From: Gemmatimonadales bacterium
GTDB lineage: Bacteria; Gemmatimonadota; Gemmatimonadetes; Gemmatimonadales; GWC2-71-9
Assembly (NCBI GenBank): GCA_037189525.1
Contig: JBBCJC010000003.1
Location: 224,001-288,000, forward strand
Length of the DNA stretch: 64,000 nucleotides
Reading direction: 5' to 3'
Shown here piece by piece: positions 11,093 through 21,564 of this stretch (position 1 is the first letter of the stretch; each line of letters starts with the position of its first letter). A program made the translations under genes and the position numbers. A model generated the notes under the pieces. It saw only the letters and a program-made list of their open reading frames with translations. It was not told where the DNA came from and did no database searches.

Positions 11093-12889
11093 GTGACCAT
11101 GACACGCCATCTTCCTTACGCCGCCTACGGCAACGGCCAGGTGCTCGGCCTGATCGGCCCCGACAGCGCGATCGACTGGCTCTGCTTGCCGCGCTTCGAT
11201 TCGCCGTCGGTGTTCGGCGCGTTGCTCGACGCTGAGCGGGGCGGGACCTTCAGGGTGTTGTCTCGCGGCCGGACGGTGCAGGGTACCCTCAGTTACATCC
11301 GCAATACCAACGTCGTGCGCGGCGAGTTCCGCGACGAGGATGCCGCGTGGGAAGTCATCGACTTCGCGCCGCGCATACCGAACGGTCTGGCGCTCGACTG
11401 CCCGGTCGAAATCGTGCGCGTCATCCGTCCGCTGGCCGGGACCCCGCGGCTGTCGCTGGAGCTCGATCCCCGGCCCGACTATGGCCGCGCCGCGGTGCGC
11501 TGGGTTCCGGAAGATCGCGGCACCCTGCTCGAGTGGAGCGGCGGGACACTCGACGTCGCTGCTAACCTGCCGCTACCGTATCTGACCGGCCGGCAGGAGT
11601 TCGCGCTGACCCGTCCGGTGTTCATAGCGATCCGCTACGGACGCCGCATGGTTCGGCCGACCTGGGCCGACGTGCAGTTTCAGCTCGACGTAACCATTGC
11701 CGGGTGGCAGCGCTGGGCCAAGACCTGCGCGCTGCCGACATTCGCGGGCGAGGCCGTTCTCCGATCGGCGCTCTGTCTCAAGCTGCACGCTTATCACGAC
11801 ACCGGCGCCATCATCGCGGCGGCCACCACCAGCGTCCCGGAAGAGATGGGGACGGAGCGGACCTGGGACTACCGCTTCTGCTGGATTCGCGACGCGGCCT
11901 TCGTCGCCGAGGCGCTGCGGCGGCTCGCCTACCTGGACGAGGGCGAACGCCTGCTCGTCTTTCTGCGCGACGTCGTGGAGAACGGCCCGCTGCAGCCGCT
12001 CTACGGTATCGGCGGTGAGCGTCATCTGCCCGAAGAGTTTCTCGACCACTGGTCGGGTTATCGCGGCAATGGCCACGTCCGGATCGGCAACGCCGCCAGC
12101 CTCCAGGCGCAGCACGACCTGATGGGCGAAGTGGTGCTCTGCATGGAGACGCTGCTCTCCGATCCGCGGATCGGCCACAGCGATCCCAAGGGGTTCTTTC
12201 CGCTGGTCGAGCGGATGGTCGAAGACGCGATCCGTCTGGCGCCCGTGGCCGACACCGGTATCTGGGAATTCCGCACCTCGCTCAAACACCACACCTTCTC
12301 GCGGGCGATGTGCTGGGTGGCCATCCATCGTGGTGCGCTGCTGGCGGCACGGATGGGCTACGATGCGGTGGCCCGCCGCTGGGAGGCGATTGCCGAGCAG
12401 GAACGGACCATCGTGCTGGAGCAGGGCTACAACGCCGAGCTGGGCTACTTCACGCAGGCGCTGGGCAACCAGCATCCCGACGCGTCCAATCTGTTGCTGC
12501 CGACGCTGGGCATCATCGACGCGCGCGATCCGCGCTTCGTCGCGACCGTCGACGCCACCGGGCGCCTGCTGACCCGGAAGGGCCTGGTTTATCGCTATCG
12601 GAACCCCGACGACTTCGGGTTGCCGTCGAGCACCTTTACCATCTGCTCGTTTTGGTACGCCGAGGCGCTGGCGCTGGTGGGCCGACTGGAAGAAGCGGTG
12701 GAAGTGTTCGAGCGGTTGCTCTCCTTTGCCAATCCGGTCGGGCTGTTTTCCGAAGACATCGATCCGGACACCGGGTCGCTGCTCGGCAACTTTCCGCAGG
12801 CCTACACCCACGTCGGCCTGATTCACGCTGCGATGACGATCGGGGAACTACTCGAAGCACGGGATGGTCGCGTTCGTGCCTGGGTCTGA
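11093..12889 (+). CDS. GH15 glycoside hydrolase (trehalase/glucoamylase-like)
   Basis: IDWLCLPRFDSPSVF, WDYRFCWIRDAA, GIWEFR, GLFSEDID, GNFPQAYTH. Confidence 0.92.
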   Translation: MTMTRHLPYAAYGNGQVLGLIGPDSAIDWLCLPRFDSPSVFGALLDAERGGTFRVLSRGRTVQGTLSYIRNTNVVRGEFRDEDAAWEVIDFAPRIPNGLALDCPVEIVRVIRPLAGTPRLSLELDPRPDYGRAAVRWVPEDRGTLLEWSGGTLDVAANLPLPYLTGRQEFALTRPVFIAIRYGRRMVRPTWADVQFQLDVTIAGWQRWAKTCALPTFAGEAVLRSALCLKLHAYHDTGAIIAAATTSVPEEMGTERTWDYRFCWIRDAAFVAEALRRLAYLDEGERLLVFLRDVVENGPLQPLYGIGGERHLPEEFLDHWSGYRGNGHVRIGNAASLQAQHDLMGEVVLCMETLLSDPRIGHSDPKGFFPLVERMVEDAIRLAPVADTGIWEFRTSLKHHTFSRAMCWVAIHRGALLAARMGYDAVARRWEAIAEQERTIVLEQGYNAELGYFTQALGNQHPDASNLLLPTLGIIDARDPRFVATVDATGRLLTRKGLVYRYRNPDDFGLPSSTFTICSFWYAEALALVGRLEEAVEVFERLLSFANPVGLFSEDIDPDTGSLLGNFPQAYTHVGLIHAAMTIGELLEARDGRVRAWV

Positions 12890-15080
12890 CGTCAACAGGG
12901 TCATCATGGTCGCCAACCGGCTGCCGATGACGGCGTCGGTTGGTGAAGGCGGCATCTCCTTCGCAGCGAGCGCCGGCGGATTGGCCACGGCGCTGGCGGA
13001 AGTCCACGAGCAGCGCGGCGGCGTCTGGGTCGGCTGGCCCGGGATCACCTCGGACCAACTCGATCAGGCGGGCTGGGACCATGTGGTCGAGACGCTGCGC
13101 GCCTCGCGTCTGGTGTCGATTCCGCTCACCCGGGATGAATCAGTTCGTTTTTACGACGGCTTCTCCAACAGCTTCATCTGGCCGATTCTGCACAGTATCA
13201 CCGGTAAGACGCCGCTGGATACCGACGACTGGGAGGTCTACCGCGAGGTCAATCAGCGATATGCCGACGCGGTAATCGCGAATTACGCGCCTGGCGACCT
13301 GATCTGGGTACACGACTTCCAGCTGTTCCTGGTGCCCGGGATGATCCGGGCCGCGATTCCCGATGCGCCGATCGGCTTTTTCCTCCACGTGCCGTTTCCG
13401 ACGGCCGATGTCTTCCGCACTCTGCCGCATCGGACCGAGTTGCTGCGCGGCTTGCTGGGGGCGAGCCTGATCGGATTCCACACCGCGTCGTACCTTCGCT
13501 ACTTCTCGACGGCGCTCACGGAGTTGCTCGGCCTGCCCACCGATATCGACCGGGTCACCCTGGGCGACCGAACCGTCCGGCTCGGCGTGTTCCCGGTCGG
13601 GATCGAGTCCCAGACCTTCGAGGCGGTCGCCCGGGACCCGGTGACCGACGACCTGATTGCCGAGATTCGCGGTGAGGACACCGGCAAGCTGATGGTCGCG
13701 GTCGATCGACTGGATTATACCAAAGGCGTCCAGCGTCGCTTGCTGGGCTTCGAGCGTCTGCTCGCGACGCATCCCGAACTGCACGAGCGGGTCCGGCTGA
13801 TCAACCTCTCGGTGCCGAGCCGCGAAGCGGTGCCCGCCTACCAGGAGCTGCGGCTGGAGGTCGATGGGTTGGTGGGCAGGATCAACGGCCGGTTCTCGAC
13901 CCCGCGATGGACGCCGATCCATTACATGTTCCGCGCCGTCGATCGTCACAGTCTGGTCGCCCTCTACCGCGCGACCGACGTGATGCTGGTGACCCCGATT
14001 CGTGACGGAATGAATCTGGTGGCCAAGGAATTCGTCGCCTCCCGGATCGACGGCGACGGCGTGCTGTTGCTGAGCGAGTTTGCCGGCGCCGCTGCCGACT
14101 TGCCTGAAGCGGTGATCGTCAATCCCTACGACATCGATCAGTTGGCCGGCCGGATGGCGGAAGCGCTCACCATGGGGGAGGCTGATCGGCGCACCCGGAT
14201 GGCGTCGCTGCGCCATCGCGTCGGCCGCTATGGCAGCAGCTGGTGGTCGACCACCTTCCTCAACGCGCTGCAGAACGAGTGGCGCGCCAGTATCCGGCGG
14301 CCGGTGCGGATGGGGAGCGGCGCGCTCCGCCTCTCACTCGACAAGCTGCGCACCGCCAGGCGCCGGCTCCTGCTGCTCGACTACGATGGCACTCTCACGC
14401 CGCTGGCCGAACGTCCGGAGCTGGCGCTGCCCGACGAGGAACTGCTCGATCTGCTGGCCCGGCTCTCGCGCGATCGCCGCCATTCGGTCCACATCGTGAG
14501 CGGGCGCTCGGCCGGATTCCTCGAGCGGTGGCTCGGCCATCTGCCCGTCAATCTCCACGCCGAGCACGGGGCGGCGAGCCGTCCGCTCGGTGCGAAGGAT
14601 TGGATCCGGGCCAGCGTCGGGTTGGGCTGGATGGAACGGGTCCGGGGCGTGTTCGAGGATTTCAGCCGCGTCACCCCGGGGGCGTTCACCGAAACCAAGG
14701 AATTCGGACTCTGCTGGCATTGGCGGAGCGCCGACCCCGGATCGGAAAAGGCCGCCAATGAGCTGGTGCTGCATCTGGCTCAGGTACTCCAGCGTACCGG
14801 AGCCGATGTGCTGGTGGGCAATCGGATCGTCGAAGTGCGGGCGCAGGGTATCAACAAGGGACTGATTGCGCGGGCGGTGCTGTCGGAGCGGAGCATGGGC
14901 ACCGGCATCCTCGCCGCCGGGGATGACTCGACCGACGAGGAATTGTTCCGGGTGTTGCCGCCCGAGGCCATCACCATTCGGGTCGGCTCGGGTCCTTCGC
15001 ACGCCGGGATCGCGATTCCCGACGTGCCCGCCTTCCGCCGGGTGCTGGCGGAAATCGTCGGCTGGGGCTCGGGGAACTAG
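12864..15080 (+). CDS. otsAB: bifunctional trehalose-6-phosphate synthase/phosphatase (OtsA-OtsB fusion)
   Basis: GT20: [58 protein letters not shown]; start may be 12876. Confidence 0.93.
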   Translation: MVAFVPGSDVNRVIMVANRLPMTASVGEGGISFAASAGGLATALAEVHEQRGGVWVGWPGITSDQLDQAGWDHVVETLRASRLVSIPLTRDESVRFYDGFSNSFIWPILHSITGKTPLDTDDWEVYREVNQRYADAVIANYAPGDLIWVHDFQLFLVPGMIRAAIPDAPIGFFLHVPFPTADVFRTLPHRTELLRGLLGASLIGFHTASYLRYFSTALTELLGLPTDIDRVTLGDRTVRLGVFPVGIESQTFEAVARDPVTDDLIAEIRGEDTGKLMVAVDRLDYTKGVQRRLLGFERLLATHPELHERVRLINLSVPSREAVPAYQELRLEVDGLVGRINGRFSTPRWTPIHYMFRAVDRHSLVALYRATDVMLVTPIRDGMNLVAKEFVASRIDGDGVLLLSEFAGAAADLPEAVIVNPYDIDQLAGRMAEALTMGEADRRTRMASLRHRVGRYGSSWWSTTFLNALQNEWRASIRRPVRMGSGALRLSLDKLRTARRRLLLLDYDGTLTPLAERPELALPDEELLDLLARLSRDRRHSVHIVSGRSAGFLERWLGHLPVNLHAEHGAASRPLGAKDWIRASVGLGWMERVRGVFEDFSRVTPGAFTETKEFGLCWHWRSADPGSEKAANELVLHLAQVLQRTGADVLVGNRIVEVRAQGINKGLIARAVLSERSMGTGILAAGDDSTDEELFRVLPPEAITIRVGSGPSHAGIAIPDVPAFRRVLAEIVGWGSGN

Positions 15081-15084
15081 CGCG

Positions 15085-16332
15085 TCAGGTCGCAGTCCGC
15101 GCCAGGGCTGCTTCGACCGCCTCGAGCGTCGGATCGATTTCGTGGGTAACCGCCTCGCCCTTCTGCAGCAGAATCTCGGGATCCTTGAGCAAGTGGCCGG
15201 TCAGAATGGCCACGATATCGTCGTTGCGTCCGATGATGCCCTCGCTCACCAGGCGGCGCACTCCGGCCACCGACGCGGCGCTGGCAGGTTCGCAGCCGAC
15301 GCCGGCCCGGTCGATGACCCGTTTGGCGGCCAGAATCTCCTCATCGCTCACCGTGGTCACGACGCCGTTGGTGGCGCGGATGGCCTCGATGGCCCGAAAG
15401 TGGGATGCCGGATTGCCGATCCGGATCGCGGTGGCAACGGTTTCCGCTTCGACTTGGTAGCGGTTGGCAAACCCTTCCCGGTAGCTCCGCGCAAACGGGG
15501 CGGCGCCTTCCGCCTGGATCGAGGCAATCCGGGGCACCCGATCGATCAGGCCCGCGGCCTTGGCCTGCACCAGCGCGGCGCCGAACGCCGCCGTGTTGCC
15601 CAGGTTGCCGGCCGGCAGCACGATCCAGTCCGGGGCGCGCCAGCCTCGATCTTCGAGCAACTCGAACACGATGGTACGCTGCCCGGCTAGCCGGAGCGGA
15701 TTGATGCTGTTCGCGAGGTAGACGCCCAGACGTTCGCTGGCCTGATCGACCAGCGAAAGGCAGGCATCGAAGTCGCCCCGGACCGCCAGGATCGTGGCGC
15801 CGTAGGCTACGCTCTGCGCCAGTTTGCCCATGGCGGTCTTGCCGGCGGGAATCAGGACGATACCCGCCATGCCCGCTTGCGCGGCGTACGCGGCAAGCGA
15901 GGCGGAGGTGTTGCCGGTCGAGGCGCAGGCTACGGCGCGCATGCCCAGCCGCTTGGCCTGCGACACGGCGACCGTCATGCCCCGGTCTTTGAAGGATCCG
16001 GTCGGGTTCATGCCCTCGAGCTTGAGCGCCAGGCGCGCTGCCTCGGCCCAGTCGCCGACGGCCGGCCGGGTGATCTGCGGCGTGTTGCCCTCGGGGAACG
16101 AAACGATATCCTCGTCGCGCGCCTCGGGCAGGATCAGGTCGCGGAACCGCCAGACGCCCGAACGGGCCAGCCGGGTGTTGCAGGCGCCCCGGTCGGTCAG
16201 CCGCCGTGCCAGCTCGGCCGGGTCGTCGTCGTTCATCAGCGACAGGAGACCGCGGCAGGCTCGGCACCGGGTGACGGGCTCGTCGAGCGTGAACGTGGTT
16301 GCACAGCTATCGCAGCGAAGCCACGAAGTCAT
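15085..16332 (-). CDS. thrC: threonine synthase
   Basis: N-terminal CxxC..CxxC, EGNTP, NPTGSFKDRG, CASTGNTSAS, PAGNLGN, CEPASAAS; ATGA overlap with thrB. Confidence 0.93.
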   Translation of the reverse strand: MTSWLRCDSCATTFTLDEPVTRCRACRGLLSLMNDDDPAELARRLTDRGACNTRLARSGVWRFRDLILPEARDEDIVSFPEGNTPQITRPAVGDWAEAARLALKLEGMNPTGSFKDRGMTVAVSQAKRLGMRAVACASTGNTSASLAAYAAQAGMAGIVLIPAGKTAMGKLAQSVAYGATILAVRGDFDACLSLVDQASERLGVYLANSINPLRLAGQRTIVFELLEDRGWRAPDWIVLPAGNLGNTAAFGAALVQAKAAGLIDRVPRIASIQAEGAAPFARSYREGFANRYQVEAETVATAIRIGNPASHFRAIEAIRATNGVVTTVSDEEILAAKRVIDRAGVGCEPASAASVAGVRRLVSEGIIGRNDDIVAILTGHLLKDPEILLQKGEAVTHEIDPTLEAVEAALARTAT

Positions 16333-17255
16333 CGGAGGGTCCTTGCGCCTCGTTGGTCGGGCGCGGTGACGCGAACGGAGGTATCGAACCCGGCGCGTCG
16401 GTAGGCGCGGGTCACCGCGCGGGCCACGCGCAGGGCGGTGGCGTCGTCGGCGGTCAGGGCAAACAGGGTGGGGCCGCTCCCGGAAATGGAGCAGCCGACG
16501 GCGCCGGCGCGGAGTGCCGCTTGCTTGGCATCGCTGAACCCGGGCAGCATCGGCGCCCGGGCCGGTTCGGCAATCCGATCGTCGATGGCCCGTCCGAAGA
16601 GCGCCAGGTCGTTTTGGCATGCGCCGGCCACCATCGCCGCCACCTGGGCCGCCTGATGGAGTGCCGTGGCCCGGGGCAACGTTTTGGGCAGCGCCGTGCG
16701 GCCGCGCTTGGTGGCCATCTCGTAGCCGGGCTTGGCCAGTACGATCCGGAGCCCTCGCGGCACCGGAAGCCGGCAGATGTCGATCGGGTCGAGCGATCGA
16801 ATCAGCACCAGGCCGCCCACCAGCGACGGCGCGATGTTGTCGAGATGCCGCCCCGCCACCGTCGACTCGGCCTCCAGCGCGGCGGCGAGCAGCTCTTCCG
16901 TACCAAGCGGGTTGCCCATCAGGGCATTGGCCGCCACGGCGCCGGCAACGGCCGATGCCGCGCTGCCACCCTGGCCTCCCGACAACGGCAGTCCCTTTTT
17001 CAGGGAGAGCGCGAGACCGATGCGGCCCCGTCGGCCGGCCAGCCGGAGGGCGGCAGCGGCCGCCAGCGCGGTCGCGTGGCGCTCGGGATCGGTGGGAAGG
17101 GCAGGATGGCCGGGATCGCGGATTTCGATGCGGCGGGAAGAGAGCCGCTCGGCATGCACCGTATCGCCGGCGCCGCGAACGGCGAGGCCAAGGATATCGA
17201 GACCGGGACCGACATTGCCGATCGATCCCGGAACGTAGACACGAACCGTCGTCAT
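16329..17255 (-). CDS. thrB: homoserine kinase
   Basis: PGSIGNVGPGLDILG, GHMP motif PLSGGQGGSAAS, HLDNIAPS, ISGSGPT. Confidence 0.92.
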   Translation of the reverse strand: MTTVRVYVPGSIGNVGPGLDILGLAVRGAGDTVHAERLSSRRIEIRDPGHPALPTDPERHATALAAAAALRLAGRRGRIGLALSLKKGLPLSGGQGGSAASAVAGAVAANALMGNPLGTEELLAAALEAESTVAGRHLDNIAPSLVGGLVLIRSLDPIDICRLPVPRGLRIVLAKPGYEMATKRGRTALPKTLPRATALHQAAQVAAMVAGACQNDLALFGRAIDDRIAEPARAPMLPGFSDAKQAALRAGAVGCSISGSGPTLFALTADDATALRVARAVTRAYRRAGFDTSVRVTAPDQRGARTLR

Positions 17256-17419
17256 GAACCGTCGAAAAATCAGTGGGCCGGAGCTTAGCGGCCCGACTCG
17301 GGAAAGTCCACTTGTCGCCGCTTCGATTGGTTGGGTAGATTCGGCCCGCTCCGAGCGATCCGACTCGCGACGAGTGCAGTCGCTCGTCTCCCGGGGGATT
17401 TCCACCACAGTGAGGGCCG

Positions 17420-18526
17420 ATGCGGATTGCCGTATTGCGGGAAACCGAACCGCGTGAACGCCGCGTAGCGCTGGTGCCGCAGACCGTGGCACGGCTGGTC
17501 CAGCAGCAGCACGCGGTGACCATCGAGCAGGGCGCCGGTCTCTCGGCCGCCATAGACGACGAACAATATCGGAGTTCGGGGGCCACGGTCGTCGCGACCG
17601 CTACCGATGCGCTGCGCGACGCCGACGTCGTTCTCAAAGTGCAGCCTCCGACCGCCGAGCAGGTCTCGCTCCTTCGGCGCGATGCCGTGCTGATTTCGCT
17701 GATGCAGCCGCACCAGAACGCCGCGCTCCTCGCCGCATTGGCGTCGGCTGGCGTGACGGCGCTCGCGCTAGAACTGGTGCCGCGAACCACCAAAGCCCAA
17801 TCGATGGACGTACTGTCGTCCCAGGCGACGGTGGCAGGCTATCGGGCCGTGCTGACGGGGACCATGCATCTGGGCCGATTCCTTCCGATGCTCACGACCG
17901 CGGCCGGCACCATCACGCCGGCCAAGGTGTTCGTGATCGGCGCCGGCGTCGCGGGGCTCCAGGCCATTGCGACGGCCCGGCGTCTCGGCGCGGTGGTGAC
18001 GGCCTTCGACGTGCGGCCCGCCGTGAAAGAGCAGGTCGAGAGTCTGGGCGCGCGCTTCGTCGAAGCCGGTGCCTCGGCAGAGGGATCCGGCGGGTACGCA
18101 CGGGAACTGTCGGACGACCAGCAGGCTCGGGTTCTTGCGGCCATCGGCGGCCATGTCTCCGACATCGACATGATCGTCACCACCGCGGCCATCCCGGGCA
18201 AACCGGCGCCGGTGCTCCTGACCACGGCCATGCTGGCGACGATGCGGCCGGGCTCGGTGGTCGTCGACGTGGCGGCGGAAACCGGCGGTAACTGCGAGGC
18301 AACCGTCGCCGGCGAGGAGCGGGTCGTCCACGGCGTGACCGTTCTGGGCCCACTCAATCTGGCCAGCGGCTTGCCGTATCATGCCAGCTTCATGCTCAGC
18401 AAGAACTTTCAGGCGCTCCTCGATCACGCGGTGACGGACGGACAGTTCCGCCCGAGCGTCGACGATCCGATCCTGGGGCCGATGTGCGTGACCCATGCCG
18501 GCGCAGTCCGGTTCGGCGTGGCGTAG
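17420..18526 (+). CDS. pntAA: NAD(P) transhydrogenase alpha subunit part 1 (dI)
   Basis: ERRVALVP, QSMDVLSSQ, GAGVAGLQAIATA, TTAAIPGKPAP, GGNCE. Confidence 0.93.
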   Translation: MRIAVLRETEPRERRVALVPQTVARLVQQQHAVTIEQGAGLSAAIDDEQYRSSGATVVATATDALRDADVVLKVQPPTAEQVSLLRRDAVLISLMQPHQNAALLAALASAGVTALALELVPRTTKAQSMDVLSSQATVAGYRAVLTGTMHLGRFLPMLTTAAGTITPAKVFVIGAGVAGLQAIATARRLGAVVTAFDVRPAVKEQVESLGARFVEAGASAEGSGGYARELSDDQQARVLAAIGGHVSDIDMIVTTAAIPGKPAPVLLTTAMLATMRPGSVVVDVAAETGGNCEATVAGEERVVHGVTVLGPLNLASGLPYHASFMLSKNFQALLDHAVTDGQFRPSVDDPILGPMCVTHAGAVRFGVA

Positions 18527-18555
18527 GCCGTTCCGTCCAATTTCCGGAGACCGCA

Positions 18556-18855
18556 ATGAATCTCGACCTCACGGTCATCATGCAGGTGTACGTGTTCGTG
18601 CTCGCGGGATTCGTGGGATACCAGGTCGTCTCCAGGGTGCCCTCGCTGCTCCACACCCCGCTCATGTCCGCCGCCAACGCCATGACGGGCATCTCCCTGG
18701 TCGGGTCCATCGTGGTGGCCGGGATGGATCGCGGTACGCTGAGCAGCGTGCTCGGCGCCATCGCGGTGGCCTGCGCAGCTATCAACGTCGTCGGCGGCTT
18801 CCTGATCACTGATCGGATGCTCAAGATGTTCAAGAGCCCGGATCAGAAATCGTGA
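18556..18855 (+). CDS. pntAB: NAD(P) transhydrogenase alpha subunit part 2
   Basis: LHTPLMSAANA, INVVGGFLITDRMLKMF. Confidence 0.93.
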   Translation: MNLDLTVIMQVYVFVLAGFVGYQVVSRVPSLLHTPLMSAANAMTGISLVGSIVVAGMDRGTLSSVLGAIAVACAAINVVGGFLITDRMLKMFKSPDQKS

Positions 18856-20282
18856 GCGGGGCCGCTGCCGACGCCGGCTTCCTCGCGCCGGGTGTGCGCG
18901 AAGGTTTGATCCAGGCCTTCTACCTGACCTCGTCGATCCTGTTCATCCTGGGCCTGCGCGGCTTGAGCAGTCCCACCACGGCGCGGCGAGGCATGCACCA
19001 GGCCTCGATCGCGATGCTGCTCGCGGTGGTGGGGACGCTGCTGCATCACGACATCGTCCGGTTCGACTTCATCATCGCCGGCCTGATTGCCGGTTCGTTG
19101 GTCGGCGTCATCATCGGACTCCCGCTGGGCATCAACATTCCGATGACGGCGATGCCGCAGTTCGTCGCCATTTCGCACATGTTCGGCGCCATTGCGGCCA
19201 CCATCGTCGGCCTGACGGAGTATCTGGCGCTCGATGCGCGGCCTTCGGCGCCGGTCATGGTGGCGCTGAGTTTCGAGGTCATTCTCGGCGCGCTGACGGT
19301 GACGGGCAGCTTCATGGCCTTCGGCAAGCTGCAGGAAATCATCACCGGGAAGCCGCTCACCTATCCGGGCCAGAACTTCATCAATCTGTCCCTGTTTGCG
19401 GTCACCATCGGGCTGCTGATCTACCAGCTGGTGGTGCCCGGGCAGCCGGAGCTCTTCCTCCTGATGCTGGGCATCGCGGCGGTGCTCGGCGTCCTGATGG
19501 TGCTGCCGATCGGCGGGGCCGACATGCCGGTCGTGATCTCGCTGCTCAACGCCTATGCCGGCCTCTCGGCGTCGGCGATGGGCTTTGCGCTGGGGAACAA
19601 CCTGCTCATCGTCGTGGGCGCGCTCGACGGCGCCTCGGGCTTCCTGCTGTCGATCCTGATGTGCAAGGCGATGAACCGCTCGTTCACCAACGTCCTCTTC
19701 GGCGCCTTCGGGGGCGCGTCGGCCGCGGCCAAGAAATCAGCCGAAGGGCTCACGATGCGCCAGGTCAACGTCGAGGACGCGGCGATCCAGCTGGCGTACG
19801 CCAAGCAGGTCATCGTGGTACCGGGCTACGGCCTGGCGGTGGCACAGGCGCAGCATCTGATCCGCGAGGTGGCGGAGCTGATCGAGAAGCGGGGCGGGGA
19901 GGTCAAATACGCCATTCACCCCGTGGCCGGCCGGATGCCGGGGCACCTCAATGTCCTGATGGCCGAGGCGAACATCGCCTACGAAAAGCTGTTCGACATG
20001 GAGGATATCAACGGCGAGTTTGCCCGGACCGATGTCTGCCTGGTCATCGGCGCCAACGACGTCGTGAATCCGGCCGCCCGGAGCGACCCCTCCAGTCCGA
20101 TCTACGGGATGCCGATCCTCAATGCCGATCAGGCCAAGTCGGTCATCGTCCTCAAGCGCGGGACGGGCACCGGGTTTGCCGGGATCGAGAACGAGCTCTT
20201 CTTCGATCCCAAGACCGCGATGCTCTTCGGGGACGCCAAAGCCTCGCTCCAGAAACTCATCACGGAACTCAAAGCTGTTTGA
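18852..20282 (+). CDS. pntB: NAD(P) transhydrogenase beta subunit
   Basis: MTAMPQ, GGADMPVVISLLN, CKAMNRS, VPGYGLAVAQAQH, HPVAGRMPGH, GANDVVNPAA. Confidence 0.95.
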   Translation: MSGAAADAGFLAPGVREGLIQAFYLTSSILFILGLRGLSSPTTARRGMHQASIAMLLAVVGTLLHHDIVRFDFIIAGLIAGSLVGVIIGLPLGINIPMTAMPQFVAISHMFGAIAATIVGLTEYLALDARPSAPVMVALSFEVILGALTVTGSFMAFGKLQEIITGKPLTYPGQNFINLSLFAVTIGLLIYQLVVPGQPELFLLMLGIAAVLGVLMVLPIGGADMPVVISLLNAYAGLSASAMGFALGNNLLIVVGALDGASGFLLSILMCKAMNRSFTNVLFGAFGGASAAAKKSAEGLTMRQVNVEDAAIQLAYAKQVIVVPGYGLAVAQAQHLIREVAELIEKRGGEVKYAIHPVAGRMPGHLNVLMAEANIAYEKLFDMEDINGEFARTDVCLVIGANDVVNPAARSDPSSPIYGMPILNADQAKSVIVLKRGTGTGFAGIENELFFDPKTAMLFGDAKASLQKLITELKAV

Positions 20283-20570
20283 AAATCTGACAGATCGGGA
20301 GACGTTCGGTGCGGATCCTCCGCGGCCAAACGTCTCCCCTCACGTTGGTTGAGGAGTGCCGGACGGCGTGGTACGGCATACTCCGTTTGGGCGGACAGCG
20401 CCTCTGGGAGTTGATACATGGGTGTTGCAACCCATTATCCCAGGCCGGTTTACGGACATTCCGCGCTTTTTGGGTGCTAAGTTGTTGATTTTTTTGAGGT
20501 TAGATTGTATATTGGCGTGCCGACGGCGGGGAACTATTCGGGGTTTCGACGGGTCGGCGGAACATTTCAA

Positions 20571-21476
20571 ATGAGTGGAGGACATGTGACTCTTCCTCGT
20601 GCGAAGCGCAGGGCGGCAAGGCCGGCCCAGATCGCCCGTGCGGTGGACGAGGGCCGTGAGAGCCTCGACCTGTACCTGGATGAAATTTCCCGAGTTCCGC
20701 TGCTCAGTCGAGACGAGGAAATGGACCTCGCTCGCAAAGCGTTCCGGGGAAATATCGCAGCGCAGGAGAAGCTGGCTCGTCATAACGTGCGGTTCGTAGT
20801 CTCGGTGGCCAAGAAGTTCCAGAACCGCGGGGTGCCGCTGGTCGACTTGATCGGCGAGGGCAACCTGGGGCTCATGACGGCGGCCCGGAAGTTCGATCCG
20901 GATCGCGGCGTCAAGTTCATCTCGTACGCGGTGTGGTGGATCCGTCAGGCGGTCCAGGCGGCAATTGCCCGTCATGGTCGGCCGGTGCGGGTACCGCTCA
21001 ACCGGACGGCGGATCTGTCACGGCTCGGTCGCACCACGACGCTCCTCAAGGAGCGGATGGGGCGGATGCCGACGACCGAGGAACTGGCGCGGGCCACCGG
21101 CTTGACGCCGGAAGCGGTGCGGAGCCTGAGCGCGCTCAACTCCGAGGCCGTGCGTCTCGATCATCCCACCCGGGATGGCGACGGCAACGAGCGGATGGAA
21201 CGGTTCGCCGCCACCGATCAAGAGGGCACGGACAGTTCGACCCTGGCCAACAGCCAGACCAACGACATCGAAGCGGCGCTGGCCACGCTGCCGCCGCGCG
21301 ATGCCAAGGTGCTCCGTCTCTATTTCGGGCTCGAGGACGGCAATAGCCGGACCCTCGAAGAGATCGGTCGGATGATGGGTGTCACGCGCGAGCGGATCCG
21401 TCAGCTCCGGGACCGGGCGCTCCAGCGCCTGCGTGAGGGAGAAACGGGCGATCGCCTGAAGGATCTCGTCGCCTGA
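20571..21476 (+). CDS. RpoD/RpoS-family sigma-70 factor lacking region 1.1
   Basis: SLDLYLDEI, DLIGEGNLGL, KFISYAVWWIRQ, TLEEIGRMMGVTRERIRQ; start may be GTG 20586. Confidence 0.92.
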   Translation: MSGGHVTLPRAKRRAARPAQIARAVDEGRESLDLYLDEISRVPLLSRDEEMDLARKAFRGNIAAQEKLARHNVRFVVSVAKKFQNRGVPLVDLIGEGNLGLMTAARKFDPDRGVKFISYAVWWIRQAVQAAIARHGRPVRVPLNRTADLSRLGRTTTLLKERMGRMPTTEELARATGLTPEAVRSLSALNSEAVRLDHPTRDGDGNERMERFAATDQEGTDSSTLANSQTNDIEAALATLPPRDAKVLRLYFGLEDGNSRTLEEIGRMMGVTRERIRQLRDRALQRLREGETGDRLKDLVA

Positions 21477-21498
21477 TCCGCACGAAACCGAACCACTG

Positions 21499-21544
21499 AA
21501 CGAAAGACGCGGGGGAGGCCGAAAGCCTCCCCCGCGTTTCGTTT
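21499..21544. terminator. bidirectional intrinsic terminator
   Basis: ACGCGGGGGAGGC-cgaaa-GCCTCCCCCGCGT flanked by AACGAAA and TTCGTTT, between convergent sigma and acnA. Confidence 0.85.
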
Positions 21545-21564
21545 ACCCGGGCTGCCGGTCGCGA

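Noticed and set aside
17256..17419. Threonine attenuator or T-box upstream of thrB
   Set aside because: No Thr/Ile-rich leader peptide or T-box motif found
15085..17793. 902-aa ORF suggesting a giant ThrC fusion; similar extensions on gltA, glgA and trmJ
   Set aside because: The upstream parts are off-frame readthrough of neighbouring genes; true starts are supported by overlaps or SD
20527..20556. GGGGAACTATTCGGGGTTTCGACGGG resembles a tmRNA 5' end and a GGAACT-N17-GTC ECF promoter
   Set aside because: No tmRNA 3' T-arm/CCA follows because the sigma CDS starts at once; the ECF -10 match is too weak
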